From assembly GCF_001194135.2 (NCBI RefSeq), contig NC_068985.1:55499383-55532799 (forward strand): a DNA stretch of 33,417 bases, in the 5' to 3' direction. Numbering within the stretch: the stretch's first letter is position 1; each line of letters starts with the position of its first letter. This DNA comes from Octopus bimaculoides (Eukaryota). The notes beneath the pieces were generated by a model, which was not told the origin of the DNA, made no database searches, and was given only the letters and a program-made list of their open reading frames with translations. The translations under genes and the position numbers were made by a program. Below are positions 11,779 through 23,134 of this stretch, one piece after another.

Positions 11779-11822
<44 letters not shown>

Positions 11823-11907
11823 NNNNNNNNNNNNNNNNNNNNNNNNNNNNNNNNNNNNNNNNNNNNNNNNNNNNNNNNNNNNNNNNNNNNNNNNNNNNNN
11901 NNNNNNN

Positions 11908-11960
<53 letters not shown>

Positions 11961-11969
11961 CAGAAAGAC

Positions 11970-12008
<39 letters not shown>
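11779..12008. repeat. (TA)n, gap, (GA)n and (GATA)n microsatellites
   Basis: Directly visible. Confidence 0.95.
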
Positions 12009-12589
12009 CTGACATATGACCGGACTCACCAGAAGCAAAAGTAGCACCTCGTATGAGATGCTTGCAAGCTATTTCAGTGATTCCGTACATTCTCTACTAC
12101 TATACAACAATATTGCTTTGAACTTTTATCAATGACTAGGCGTTTAAGGTTGACCGAATATCTAAAATATATTTTCGAGATCAAATACTCCGTAAATTAC
12201 ACTAGTTACAATGATTAAATTTTGTGACAACGGTATATGGATTAACTTAATTTTTGTAGGATGTTTTACTATAAGATCGATTGAACGAATCAGATCACTA
12301 TTAAAATATTAGAGATGCTGTAATTTTAGTTATCTCATTAAACCAAATCTCAATTTTTAAACAGGTAAGTAATAGTTTAATTTGTACTGTTTCAGTTTTA
12401 ACTTTACGTTGTTCAGCAAGACTGTAACATAAAATACGTGCTTAAAATATGGTCAAAGTTTCAACGTTACATCACAAAGATCCATACATCAAAAATGCCG
12501 TTGCATCTATGTGTCTACTAAGCTTTGAACTTGATCTTATATAATAATTTGAAACCAGTTGATATCTGAAAATTTCCGGAATAACGTTT

Positions 12590-12630
12590 GTGTGTTTGTT
12601 GAGTGTGCTTGCGTACGTGTGTGCTTGCGT

Positions 12631-12695
<65 letters not shown>
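12590..12695. repeat. (TG)n microsatellite
   Basis: Directly visible. Confidence 0.95.
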
Positions 12696-12696
<1 letters not shown>

Positions 12697-13020
12697 ATAT
12701 GCGCATTAGAAATCAAATGATTTACTTTGATACTTCTTTCGCTTGAATGATGCTTTCATTTTATTACATTTATCCTAAACTCTGTCTGTCTGTCTCTCTG
12801 ACTTTTGTAATTTGTAGAAATGTTATGAGAAACGTTTTATATTTCTTTCGTAGAATTTATGTGAGAAATTCTTCCATCCATTTCTTTTCTTTTCCTAAAT
12901 TCATATAGTGTGTTATATATTTTATCAGTACTGAAAATCATTTGTCCTTTATGCATATCACTTATTTCTTTTTGTAGATGATTTCATTGTCATGAATGTT
13001 ATTTTTTCTAAAAATTAACT

Positions 13021-13098
13021 TCCTTGCTTAAGGTACAGGAATCGAACTCACAATCTCATGATCGTGAGTCAATCACCTTAATCACGAGGCCACACACC
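13021..13098 (-). mobile_element. tRNA-derived SINE head fragment
   Basis: Minus strand GTGTGGCCTCGTGATTAAGG (A-box-like) ... GAGTTCGATTCC (B box). Confidence 0.7.
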
Positions 13099-13409
13099 TT
13101 CATACATGAAACACACATATATCGATTAAAAGAGTGAGTACATTAATAGAATATATTATACTCTTATAATGGCTGAATTAACAATTTTGTTTCGCATCAG
13201 TAGTTGAGAAAATTCCGGAAATCGTCAGCAAAGGTCGAAGGGAATGGTATGGTGAAGGCTCTTTGCCACTGGAGGTCTGAAAGTGTTACTTCCGGTTTGC
13301 TGGTCTTACAAATTTTGTAAGCATTCCCCGGATCTTACAATGCTTGGCTATCGTCTTGGAGTGTTTAGTTCAGTTGATGAAATCTACACGACTACATAAT
13401 TCAAGCTTG

Positions 13410-13510
13410 TTAATTATTCTATTGATCGCGCTTTGCCAAACCGCTCGGTTACGGGGACATAAGCAAAGCAGTACCAGTTGTCAAACGGTGGGTGACAAAT
13501 ACAAACACAA
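13410..13510 (-). mobile_element. SINE family A, diverged 3' fragment
   Basis: TTATTCTATTGAT...GCCAAACCGCT...TTACGGGGACAT...GTTGTCAA matches the other reverse copies. Confidence 0.7.
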
Positions 13511-13659
13511 AAATGTATATATGTGTGCATATATGCACATAAACATATGTCTGTATATATGGATATATACATGTATACATACCTGCATGAATATATATAT
13601 GTACACACACACACACACGCACACACACATACACACACATACACACACNNNNNNNNNNA

Positions 13660-14190
13660 TCCAGATATTTTCCTGCACATTGTGACCTTGTTCTTTCCCA
13701 GATATGGAGCAACTACTTGGATACAGGTCAGGAAACATAGCATTGCTCTGGACATAAAAGAAATATTTTGAAACGGTCTGGAACAACAGACTCTGTGCCA
13801 AGCTGGAACGTAAGACACTTCATTAGTGGGAGATCTCCGAATCTCGCACTTCAACTCGAAACTTTGATCCATGACCCATTAATACATCAGTCCTAGAAGG
13901 ACCAATGTTCTTCCTGCCTCTAGAATCCCAATTAACGATATTATCTTCCAGGAATACAACCGTCTATAATATGTTGCCTAAATTCCTTAATTCGAAACAC
14001 CAACAGCAATTTCTCAAATCTCTGAATGACGACCTGATAATGAAGTTCCCTGATTTATAAATAGCCTTGTTAGAAATAACCAAATCATCCTACTGTCTTT
14101 TTTAAAAGAACTCAATGAATAATGCGTTTCTAAGTATTTCAATCAAAATCCTGCTTGACCAGGACTGGCCTGGGGCTAAACCACAACCAC
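13660..14190 (+). mobile_element. Possible CR1/L2-like LINE 3' fragment
   Basis: Conceptual peptides EGP and YNMLPKFL...FLKSLNDDL..KFPD resemble CR1-type C-termini (GPRLFNxLP...FKxxLDxFL..PD). Ends GGGGCTAAACCACAACCAC. Weak and frameshifted. Confidence 0.35.
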
Positions 14191-14664
14191 TATAACATCT
14201 CTGATACACAGAAACTAAGAATCCAATGGTATAGAAAGTTCTAATTAATTACTGTAATTAAGAAACCGCTGATTGCTACAAAAGGAATTACATTAAACTC
14301 ACAATTTAATTAACGAACAATAGATCTTGTCATATCATGTTATATCCTTCTGTTAAATACAAATAATCACAAATTTCAATTAATTTACTGGTTAAATTCA
14401 ATTATTAATCATTTCATCAGCATGAGATTTAAGATGGCTTTTAGAAGTATCAGTGTAATTTGCACTAGATAAAGTTTTGCTAAAAATATCGTGAAACGAA
14501 TAACTGCCATGTGTGTGTGTGTGTGTGTGTAAATATGATAGTGATAAATAGGCATCTATTACTAGAGAGAACCATGGACATTTTAATTTTTATTAATATC
14601 CATATATTCTATTATTGATACATAAAATTAGAAGATCTTCATAACATTGTTACATTATACTTGT

Positions 14665-14870
14665 TTTAGATTTTGGCACAAGGTCAGCGATTTCGAGGGA
14701 GGCGTAAGTCGATCGCATTGATTCCAGTGCTCAGCTGACACTTATTTTGTCGATCTCGAATGGATGAAAGGCAAAGTCCACCTTCGCGGAATTTAAACTC
14801 AGAACGAAAAGTCGGACGAAATGCCATTAAGCGTCCGGCGTGCTAACGATTCAGCCTGTTCGATGCCTTA
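14665..14870 (-). mobile_element. SINE family B, full-length reverse copy
   Basis: Reverse complement of the family B copies at 29268-30016. Confidence 0.88.
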
Positions 14871-15061
14871 CACTGTTACACAATATAAAAGTATAAATTA
14901 TAATATTTCGTTCCATAGTTAAGCTCATAAATATCGTAACAAGGAGAATAAGAATATTATGGCTTTTTGGTAGAGCAGAGCCATGGACCAATACACACAC
15001 ACACACACAAGCTGGTTTTAAAATCTCTGAAAGAGATTCACATAGTAACAGTACTAAACCT

Positions 15062-15456
15062 TAATGTCTGTACCACTTATACGTGGCTGTTTTGTGCAGA
15101 ACAATTGTTACTAGATTTTAACCCCAGGAAAGCATCTTTCCCCGCTGTGTCTATTTTATTGCGAGTAAGGGAGCGAATCGTTCCCATTCCAGTATGTTTA
15201 TATATTGCGAGTAGCGACGGATAGCTGCCATCTCTAGCAGGCAAACGTCCAGTACTGAGGACGGGAAAGCAGGTAGAAGCCGGCCAGTCTACTGGTTTTG
15301 CCACGCTGGAGTGGGAGTGGTCCGGTCCCTTACTCGCAATAAAACAAGACACAGGTTGTGTGACGTTAACGAGCGGGAAAATATGTTTTCCTGGGGTTAA
15401 AATGTAATAACATTAGTTCTGCACAGAACAGTTACGTAAAAGTGGTACAGACATTA
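15062..15456. mobile_element. MITE with ~110 bp bipartite terminal inverted repeats
   Basis: 15062-15145 pairs with 15372-15456 (about 85% identity by eye) and 15146-15171 pairs with 15326-15352. Symmetric ends [TA]ATGTCTGTACCAC...GTGGTACAGACAT[TA]. Confidence 0.85.
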
Positions 15457-15494
15457 TGGTGTGTGTGTGTGTGTGTGTGTAATATTTGGTCATC

Positions 15495-15625
15495 AGTGAG
15501 TTCAAATCTCACTAACGTCGATTTTGCTTTTCATTCTTCCACGTTCGATCCAATAGAATTACAATGACATACTGGAGTCGCTATTATCGACTACATCACT
15601 CTTCTAAAATTTTGTGGCGCTTGAC
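15495..15625 (+). mobile_element. SINE family B, diverged fragment
   Basis: GAGTTCAAATC B box, TTTTGCTTTTCATTCTT core, CTGGAGTCG...ATCGACT. Confidence 0.65.
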
Positions 15626-16552
15626 TATTGTTGGAAATGAAAACATTTAGTTGAATCGTTACAAGTATATGTGTGTGGATGCGGCTTCCGTTGGCACACG
15701 GGTGTGATATGATTGTTTCGAGGGTGAGTGCTTTGAACTGAATGAATAGTACTTACTTCACTTCTCGCTGATTTGTTCGTACGTAAGACGTGGTGCAGTG
15801 AAGTTGTATTAGTTAAGAAATATCCACATAAAGAAAGAGATAATATATAAAACATTAAAAAATATATATCTACGGTAATTACAGGTTGTTAGAGTCCAAC
15901 ACGTTATAACGATACTATAAGTCCAGGTGGAAAAGCCTGCATCTGTATACGTAATAAAGTAAAACGTTCCTTGAGAGCAACGTTTACTTTGAATAAAAAG
16001 ACGAAAAATAATGAATTTCATAGTTCATAATTTAATTACTTTCAACAGTTGTTTCATTAGGATGATCATCATTAATTTCATAATTACGAAATTAATTTAA
16101 AATTATAAATCTGAACAAATGTAGGGGGTTTACATAACAATAGTAGGAAACGTAGTTGATTTCATATGATATCTCTTGACTGCGGTCGGATACTTTTGTT
16201 AAGTATCCGACCGCGATCATTTCACAGTAAATTTTACTGACTGACAATATTTAACACAATTAGATCTCTCACCCAACCCAAGAAAGATAAATCGATAGAA
16301 AAAGGATTTTCAACAGACGGAAAAGGTTTCTCAATTGACAGAAAATACTTGAATACTTTAACAAGTTTCAAGAACTGAGAGAGAAAAAGTGAAATCATTC
16401 TTATATGTGCCGACAAAATTATTAACTGTTGTTTGGAACCGAGATAAAAAAGAGATCAATGTTGAAATATTTGAGTTGAGAACATTTTGCAAGCTGGACA
16501 AAAATCGTGTTTAAGTCATCTTGCAAATTTGCCGACATCGAGTAAAAATATT

Positions 16553-16765
16553 GGTTTCGAACTTTGGCACAAGACCAGCAATTTCGGAGGATGGGTAAAT
16601 TAATTACATCGACTCCAGTGCTCAGCTGGTACTTATTATATCGACTCTGGAAGGACGAAAGGTAAAGTCGACCTCAGCGGAATTTGAACTCTGAACGTAA
16701 AGTCGGACCTAATGCCGTTAAGCATTTTGCCCGGTGTGCTAACGATTCTGTCAGTTCGTCGTCTT
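16553..16765 (-). mobile_element. SINE family B, full-length reverse copy
   Basis: Reverse complement of the family B consensus seen at 29268-30016. Confidence 0.9.
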
Positions 16766-17637
16766 GCATTGAGTAAAAGTATTGGAAAGTATTTTCCGTT
16801 AATTCATGTATTTTTCTTGGAGTGGGAGAGAAATATACTTATGTTAAGTGTCAATGAGAAAAATTTACTGCTTCAGAAGGTGTATTGATGGAAATCAGGA
16901 GTGGGAAAGAATTGAAATCACGGCACTGATTAATAGACATAGTTACATTCTGTTTGGCTGCTCGACAGAAACATCCCATCGTCACAATAAAAGTACTTGA
17001 AGCATTCATTTCTTTTTCATGATTTTGTGAGACTGGTTTCTCTGTTATGAACATAATTTAGAACAAGTCCATATCACGGCTTCAAACAGTAGAGGAGGTG
17101 CTTGAGGCAAATATACTTGTTAACCAGCCGATCTCAGACAGGAGACATCATGTGACATCAACAGTCACATGTCCCACGCTACTAATATTATATGTAATGT
17201 AATTACTTTTCATTTTTTATACATTTTGTTAGATGAAATTTCTTCCATGTTCTTTATACTCAGTGTAAATCGAAAACAATATGTAGTCGCTACATTGTTT
17301 TCCGTTTTCAATACATAATACGATATAAATGATGAAATTATTTTATAGAGCAGAAAACGTTGATAAAACAATGATTAAAATTTTAGTTATTGTACTTTTA
17401 ATCCATCCAGATGTGAGAATGCAAGCTTTACATTATACCTATCACCACAAAAATATTTGCACTTTTCCTGCTTGCTCAATGTGGTCCATGATCATATACT
17501 ATGTGAGTGCGGTCAAAACTTACACTGCTATTATTTGTTAATTTGTACATGATTTTGTTTATGCACTGTATTCCATTGTGGAAAAGTGCAACGTATGCTT
17601 CCATCTCTGTTTTAAGACAATATTAGAAACATATGTA

Positions 17638-18250
17638 CGAGGTGGTATCAAAAAATTCCCCGATTAGTTTTGTAATACGCCAATTGATGGCAGTACACGG
17701 TTGCGTGCGCAGTGAGAGCTAGCAGTGAATTTCGTGAGACAGTGTGCCGAGTGACATTGTTATGTTTACTTCGCAAGTTGTGAAATTTGTGTTTTTGTGA
17801 TCACGTATGCTGTAGTCTGCGATTTTTGTCATGGACAAGAAGTTGAAACGAAGAGCCAACGTAAAATTTCGCGTTAACTTGGAAAGTCTGCTACAGAGAC
17901 TTTGAGCATGCTTCGGCAAGCTTACGCTATGTTTTGAGTGGCACGGACGCTTCATAAGCAGAAGAACGTCCCACATCGGTTTTTTCGACATCCGTGGTAT
18001 CGTGCATCGAGAATTCGCCCTCCAGGATCAGACCGTCAATCGAGAGATCTACTGCGACATTTTGAAGCGCTCAAGGGAGGACATTCGGCGAAAGCGACCG
18101 GATCTGTGGAGCGCGAAGAATTCGATTCTTCACGACGACAATTCACCCCGTCACCGGGCGCTCCTCACTTGTGTATTGCTGCGCAAGGTGACTATTTCGA
18201 AACAGATGATGTTAAAACTTAGGTAATTAAGTTTTTTTTATTAAACAATC
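17638..18250 (+). mobile_element. Internally deleted mariner derivative
   Basis: [TA]CGAGGTGGTATCAAAAAATT left TIR; ATG at 17831. Peptides MDKKL.RANVKF, GKSATETLSMLRQAY, FFDIRGIVHREF, RKRPDLW...ILHDDNSP.HRALLT, CIAAQGDYFE joined across deletions. Right TIR not found. Confidence 0.88.
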
Positions 18251-18299
18251 TCACATATATTTACTATCCCGCCCTGTGTGCTGTAGATAGAACGGCTGA

Positions 18300-19900
18300 A
18301 AATCACTGAACTCCACAATGAAAAAGCACCTTGAAACAATATCGGTTAGCAGAGAATAAAAGCATTAAGTTTGATCTTTGCCCAAAAAATTGACACTTTG
18401 CATTCTTGAGGCCAAATATTTTGGCTCTATGTTTAATTCCATTCCATATCAAGAATGTTGTGAGCAAAAGGAAGAAACAGTTCGTTATGTTAATATTGAT
18501 TTTAAAGAGAAAAACTGTTTTAATATAAAATAGGTTTTTTTTCTCTTGAGTTTATCTAATTAAAACGAAAGGATGTCGAAAACATTGTGTAAGATTCTGG
18601 AATAACTTGTGAAAAACAATAACAACAACCACAAAAACGAAATTATGTTTGAAGACTATCGATCTTAATGTTATGACAGTGCTGCAGTTATGGCTGGTTA
18701 TAAAAGTGGTGTTCAACAGAGGATTAATTTAAAAAAAAATTGTAAAGCTATTTTTGTAAACTATGGTAATCATTCTCGCAATTTACTCGACATGCTGTTG
18801 CTAGTTAAGCATGATGTATTCATGGTCCCCATTTTTCGGTTCAATTTAGTCACTTTCTTCATTCTTTTTCTGCTCAGCTCTCCTTTACTTAAAGCAAAAG
18901 GTGTAATACCAACAGTTGTCAAATTTAAATCAGAGCCTTGATGGCATTTTAGAAGAGAGATTGCGAACCTTGCTAATGTATATAATCTGATTTTATAGTG
19001 GATTTTTTTCCCAACGATCAAAACCAACTTTTTGATACAAGAAGCTGGTGCTGAATAAAAGTTTGAGTTAGCTTTTTAGTTTTGCTAGTCTTCTAGTGTT
19101 AAGTTCTTATTCCTATTGATTTGCGTTCGAAAACGACTCCAATGTCATTCCATGAATTCTGATGATGATGATTGAGATTTGATAGTCCTTCCAAGTTGTT
19201 TTTTAAAAATAATTTATAAAAGAATCCTTGAAAGCTCGGTTGAAATTATGTAAGGAAGGAATTAAGTAGAAAGACGCCAAAGAAAAATATCAAATAATTT
19301 GCAAAAAGCAAGAATGTAAGGTTTACTGCAATGGCTTCGAAATTCCTGTCAACCTTTTCTTTTTAAAAATTGATAAATATGTACTCTACTAAAAGTATTG
19401 AGTAATTTTCCAGTTTTATGTTAAATTGTTTTATATATAACTTGACATAAACACAGACACATTCATATAATACAAACGTGTAGTAATCTTTATTTAAAAT
19501 ATTTGGACAGTTTTGCACAGTTACAAAGCACTGATACAAACGGATTTCAACTTCATGAAGAAACCTTAGATTATAAAGCATTTGTAAAATGCAGTCTATA
19601 AATTTAAATTCTTAAGATTGAGGAATTGATCAAGTTCATTGTCCAGTAATGGTTTTCCAGATTTAAGAGAGTCTATTTAAGTAATGCTAACAATTGCAAT
19701 CTTAATTGTCAGATTTTGGATGATCTTTCAGCATACTGAGATTAATTTTAATAGATTTGTGAGTTTGGTTGAAGCAAGTTAGTCAGTCAGTTTTAAAATT
19801 ATCCAGTGTTAAACAAGAGGCAAAAGATAACAAATTTTATAGTATCAGTTTATGCGTTTGTATCATCAAATGTCAGAGAAGTGCAGCTTCAAAACGCTGC
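18300..19900 (+). pseudogene. Decayed hAT-superfamily transposase
   Basis: AKYFGSMFNSIPY..EQ..TVRYVNID (from 18408), YDSAAVMAGYKSGVQQRI...KAIFVNYGNHSRNL (from 18672), VKFKSEP*W (xSETRW motif). Dimerisation region EELIKFIVQ, FPDLRESI*VMLTIA, SFSILRLIL (19620-19750). TIRs not identified. Confidence 0.85.
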
Positions 19901-20026
19901 TTAGAATTATTCATAGAATAGCCTAAATCCTTAGGACGCAAATTTCAAAAATCAAATGTGTTTTTCTCTAGGACACGTTGTTACTGAGTCTTTCGGTGAC
20001 ATACAGATATACATACACACATTCTC

Positions 20027-20027
<1 letters not shown>

Positions 20028-20099
<72 letters not shown>
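20028..20099. repeat. (CA)n microsatellite
   Basis: Directly visible. Confidence 0.97.
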
Positions 20100-20101
<2 letters not shown>

Positions 20102-20486
20102 TCGTTCTTCAGTAAGAGATCTGGTCGACTCTTTTTACGTCCGCGAAACTCTAAGTAACGTGCAGAGCGAAGACAACGTGTTATTCAATAAACACATCTC
20201 CGACTATGTCCTCCCTTCGTTTGTTATTTGCATTACTTTCTGTCCAATCTTTTTGTGTCTATGCGTACGTGTGTATGTGTGTGTGTGCGCACATATGCGT
20301 GTGTGTATGTGTAACAATGACGAAATGGCGATGTTAAGTGAACACGTTATTGCATAATCTCATATAAACTCGCATGTTATTACATGCCAAGTAGTATAAC
20401 GCAACATGTTAATAATGAAGTGTTGCTACTGAAATACATAGATAAGTATCGAAATTTTCCAATCGTTTAGTCTTTATTACAATATA

Positions 20487-21580
20487 CACAGGGTGCGTAA
20501 GATATTTGAGGACTGATTTATGTTTATTAAAAAAAACCATATAATAAGAGATAATAACTTTATTTATCAAAAAATGCTATGAGGATAAAAATAAACCTTC
20601 TTTTCTATAATGTTATTCAATAAAGCCACCTTCAGCTTCAACAACTGCTTTTATATGAAATCTAAATCATCTACATGCTCGAATCAAGTGGTCCTGGTTC
20701 ATTTTGGACATTACTCTGAATATGGCAGCTTTCAAAGGATCTTTGGTGTTACGGGCGTGTTCATTGACCTCTCTCTCAACAACGTTCCACATGATTGAGA
20801 TCTGGGGAGTTAGGAGGCCAAATGTTAGGGGTTATGTGACCATGAAAATTTTCAACCATCCATACCTGTGTTACTAAAGCCATGTGTGATAGAGCAGAGT
20901 CTTACAGAAACACATATGTCCTTCCATTGCATACACTGTCTATCCAGGGATTAACAATTATTCCCAGGACCTCAATGTAGGCGGCAGAGTTAACTTTAAG
21001 GCCTTGTGGGAAGAAGTAAGGAGGCATCACATATCCTTCATTGCTGACAACTCCTAAAACCATGACAGTTGCAGGAAATTTTGTATGCATAACACTTGGA
21101 ATTTCAGAAGAGTCTGCACATAACCATCTGTAATTTCTTGTTAACTTTTTGATCTTGGTCGAAGTTTTTCTCGTTTGAGAAAAATCAAATCAAATCTTCT
21201 TCTGCTGGATTTTTCAGTTTGCTTAAGAGCCTTTTAGATCTGATTTAGTGATTTTCTTTTGCTTTTTCTGACAAATTGACCTTTCCTCATCATATAAGAC
21301 TTATATCTGACGTCTTCGTGGACAAAATTTCTGACTGTTCCTTTTGACACATGGAGATCTTTTGCAATTGACCTCTTGGACTTTCTGGGATTGTAATCAA
21401 TGGTCAGTTGAATTTGCTAGATAAATTCAGGTATTCTGATGATTTCAGAGCGCTTAGAATGTTTTTTATGCTTTGATACTGGTGATACGTTTGCATCTTC
21501 AGTCTTTAGCTCCTTACAAACTTTGTAGGCGAAACATCAAGCAATATTTAAAAATCGAGATATTTCTAAATGACTATGCT
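20487..21580 (-). mobile_element. maT (DD37D, Tc1/mariner superfamily) transposon, decayed and 5'-truncated
   Basis: Minus-strand peptides FFSNEKNFDQDQKVN, MHTKFPATVMVLGVVSNEG, YVFL*DSA, WPPNSPDLN, WNVVEREVN, VVEAEGGFIE*. TIR-like TACACAGGGTGCG at 20485. Confidence 0.92.
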
Positions 21581-21990
21581 TAAAAGGAAGGAAAGAACCT
21601 CAATGTTTCAGAAAAAGAGGAAAGCTTAGAAGGAATGAAAAAAAGGAAGAGTCGACGAGGGGGAAATGGGCTAGGGGTTATAAACCAGGTGAGAATGCAG
21701 TTCGATAAGGGAAGCTGAGGTACGAGGGACGAGTGTATATGTTCATGTATAAGAGTGTAGCTGTGTCAGAGATTAACATAGGACAGTAGTATGTTTATTT
21801 TGCGCTGTGTATGCGTGTGAAGCGTGTAAGTATAGTGGGGCAGCGAGATGTTGGTAAGTGTGTGTTAGTGTTAAGTGTGTGTGAGGAAATTGCGGATGTG
21901 AGGAGGTGGAATCGGGTGCAAGGTAAAAGGAAAGGCAAGTGGACGGAGTGTTTGACGTAAATGTGTACATGTATCTATCTATAGACTACT

Positions 21991-22330
21991 GATAAGAAAG
22001 TAAATTTCAACGTAGTATAGCTGTAAAAAACAGCAGACTAAGAAGTTTAGCAGGCAGCTATAGGGATTCGAACGCTGCACCCCTGAGGTACAGGGTGAGT
22101 GCTCTATCATTAAGCTAAACGGGTCCTGAAAACAGTTACCGTAAATTTTAATGTTAAATAATAGCTTTGGAATGCAACACCATTTTATAAACAAACTTTG
22201 GAAGCGTCAAACGCGTTTGGTATCTTACAGACAAGAAAGTAAATTTCGAATGCAGAATGGCTGTGAAAGCAGTAGAGGATTGTAAGTTTGCCTGCTCGCA
22301 ACCTCGGCGGGTTTTGAACTCAAACCATGT
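21991..22330 (-). mobile_element. Two diverged tandem copies of a tRNA-derived SINE-like element (family C)
   Basis: Head at 22063-22125 on the minus strand with A box TAGCTTAATGATAGAGC and B box GTTCGAATCCC. Body AAGAAAGTAAATTTC...GCTGT repeated at 21991 and 22231. Confidence 0.6.
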
Positions 22331-22974
22331 AGAAACATAATTAAATACAACAAAGCATAAGACAAAAATATATTTCAGTGATTCTTCCCCCTCAGTGATT
22401 CTGCTACTGCAAAGCCTATATTATTATATTATATAATATTAAGTGATATTAAGTTATATTGTATTATACTACATTGTTATAATATAGCGTTGCTATGTTA
22501 TTTATATTAAGTGCATCTGAATGTCAGTGAATATTTCGAAATGTGCCTACATTTACACAGATATATCATACACGCTCTTTGTGTATATGTGTACATGTAT
22601 ATTTCTGCTTATGAATTCATATATCGTGTGTGTATTTTGTGTGTGTATGTGAGAGAGAGAGAGAGTGGGAAGACAGAAGACAGACAGACGGACAGACAGA
22701 AAAGATAGGGAAAAGAGAGAATAGTTGGCTTCAATATATTTATATAGAAATATATTTATGGAATAAATAATGTTTTTCAAGCATTAAAATCCTAGAATAC
22801 GTTGATTGTTATTTTATAGAAATCACTTTACATTCGCTATATTTCAAATCTAAAACTATTTTACTGTACTCACCAAATAATACCAATTACAAGAGAATCT
22901 AAAATGGAATGAGATATATTTTAAATCACTTTTTTCAACCAGTATTCCTCCCCATGCAGGTAACTTATCGCCAA

Positions 22975-23070
22975 ACTATGGCTGAAAGATGAGGAAATTC
23001 ACTTTGTAACCACGAGGTCCCGGGTTCGACTTAACTGTGTGGTATCTTGGGCAAATGTTCAATAGACTGT
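22975..23070 (+). mobile_element. SINE family A-like head, diverged
   Basis: AACCACGAGGTCCCGGGTTCGAC...GTGGTATCTTGGGCAAATG. Confidence 0.6.
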
Positions 23071-23134
23071 TGGGTCAACTGAAGTGGACATTTTATCTTC
23101 ATCCATAGCAAATTAAAAAAAGAACTGCTCATCC

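Noticed and set aside
12030-12090. Minus-strand ATG exon MYGITEIACKHLIRGATFAS ending at a GTGAGT donor
   Set aside because: Short, no recognisable homology and no linked downstream exon; such matches are expected by chance.
13200-13285. Plus-strand candidate exon VEKIPEIVSKGRREW
   Set aside because: Acceptor is plausible but donors are weak, and the peptide is unrecognised.
13306-13322. Palindrome CTTACAAATTTTGTAAG
   Set aside because: Short and AT-rich; compatible with chance.
15651-15960. Candidate small exons (VYVCGCGFRW on +; AGFSTWTYSIV on -)
   Set aside because: In-frame stops or weak splice sites; the zinc-ribbon resemblance is too short to support.
20105-20200. CGAAACTCTAAGTA followed by AATAAAC, reminiscent of a Penelope-type minimal hammerhead
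   Set aside because: No CUGANGA core and no closing stem II.
22063-22125. Possible tRNA gene
   Set aside because: Acceptor, anticodon and T stems do not pair; treated as a SINE-like head.
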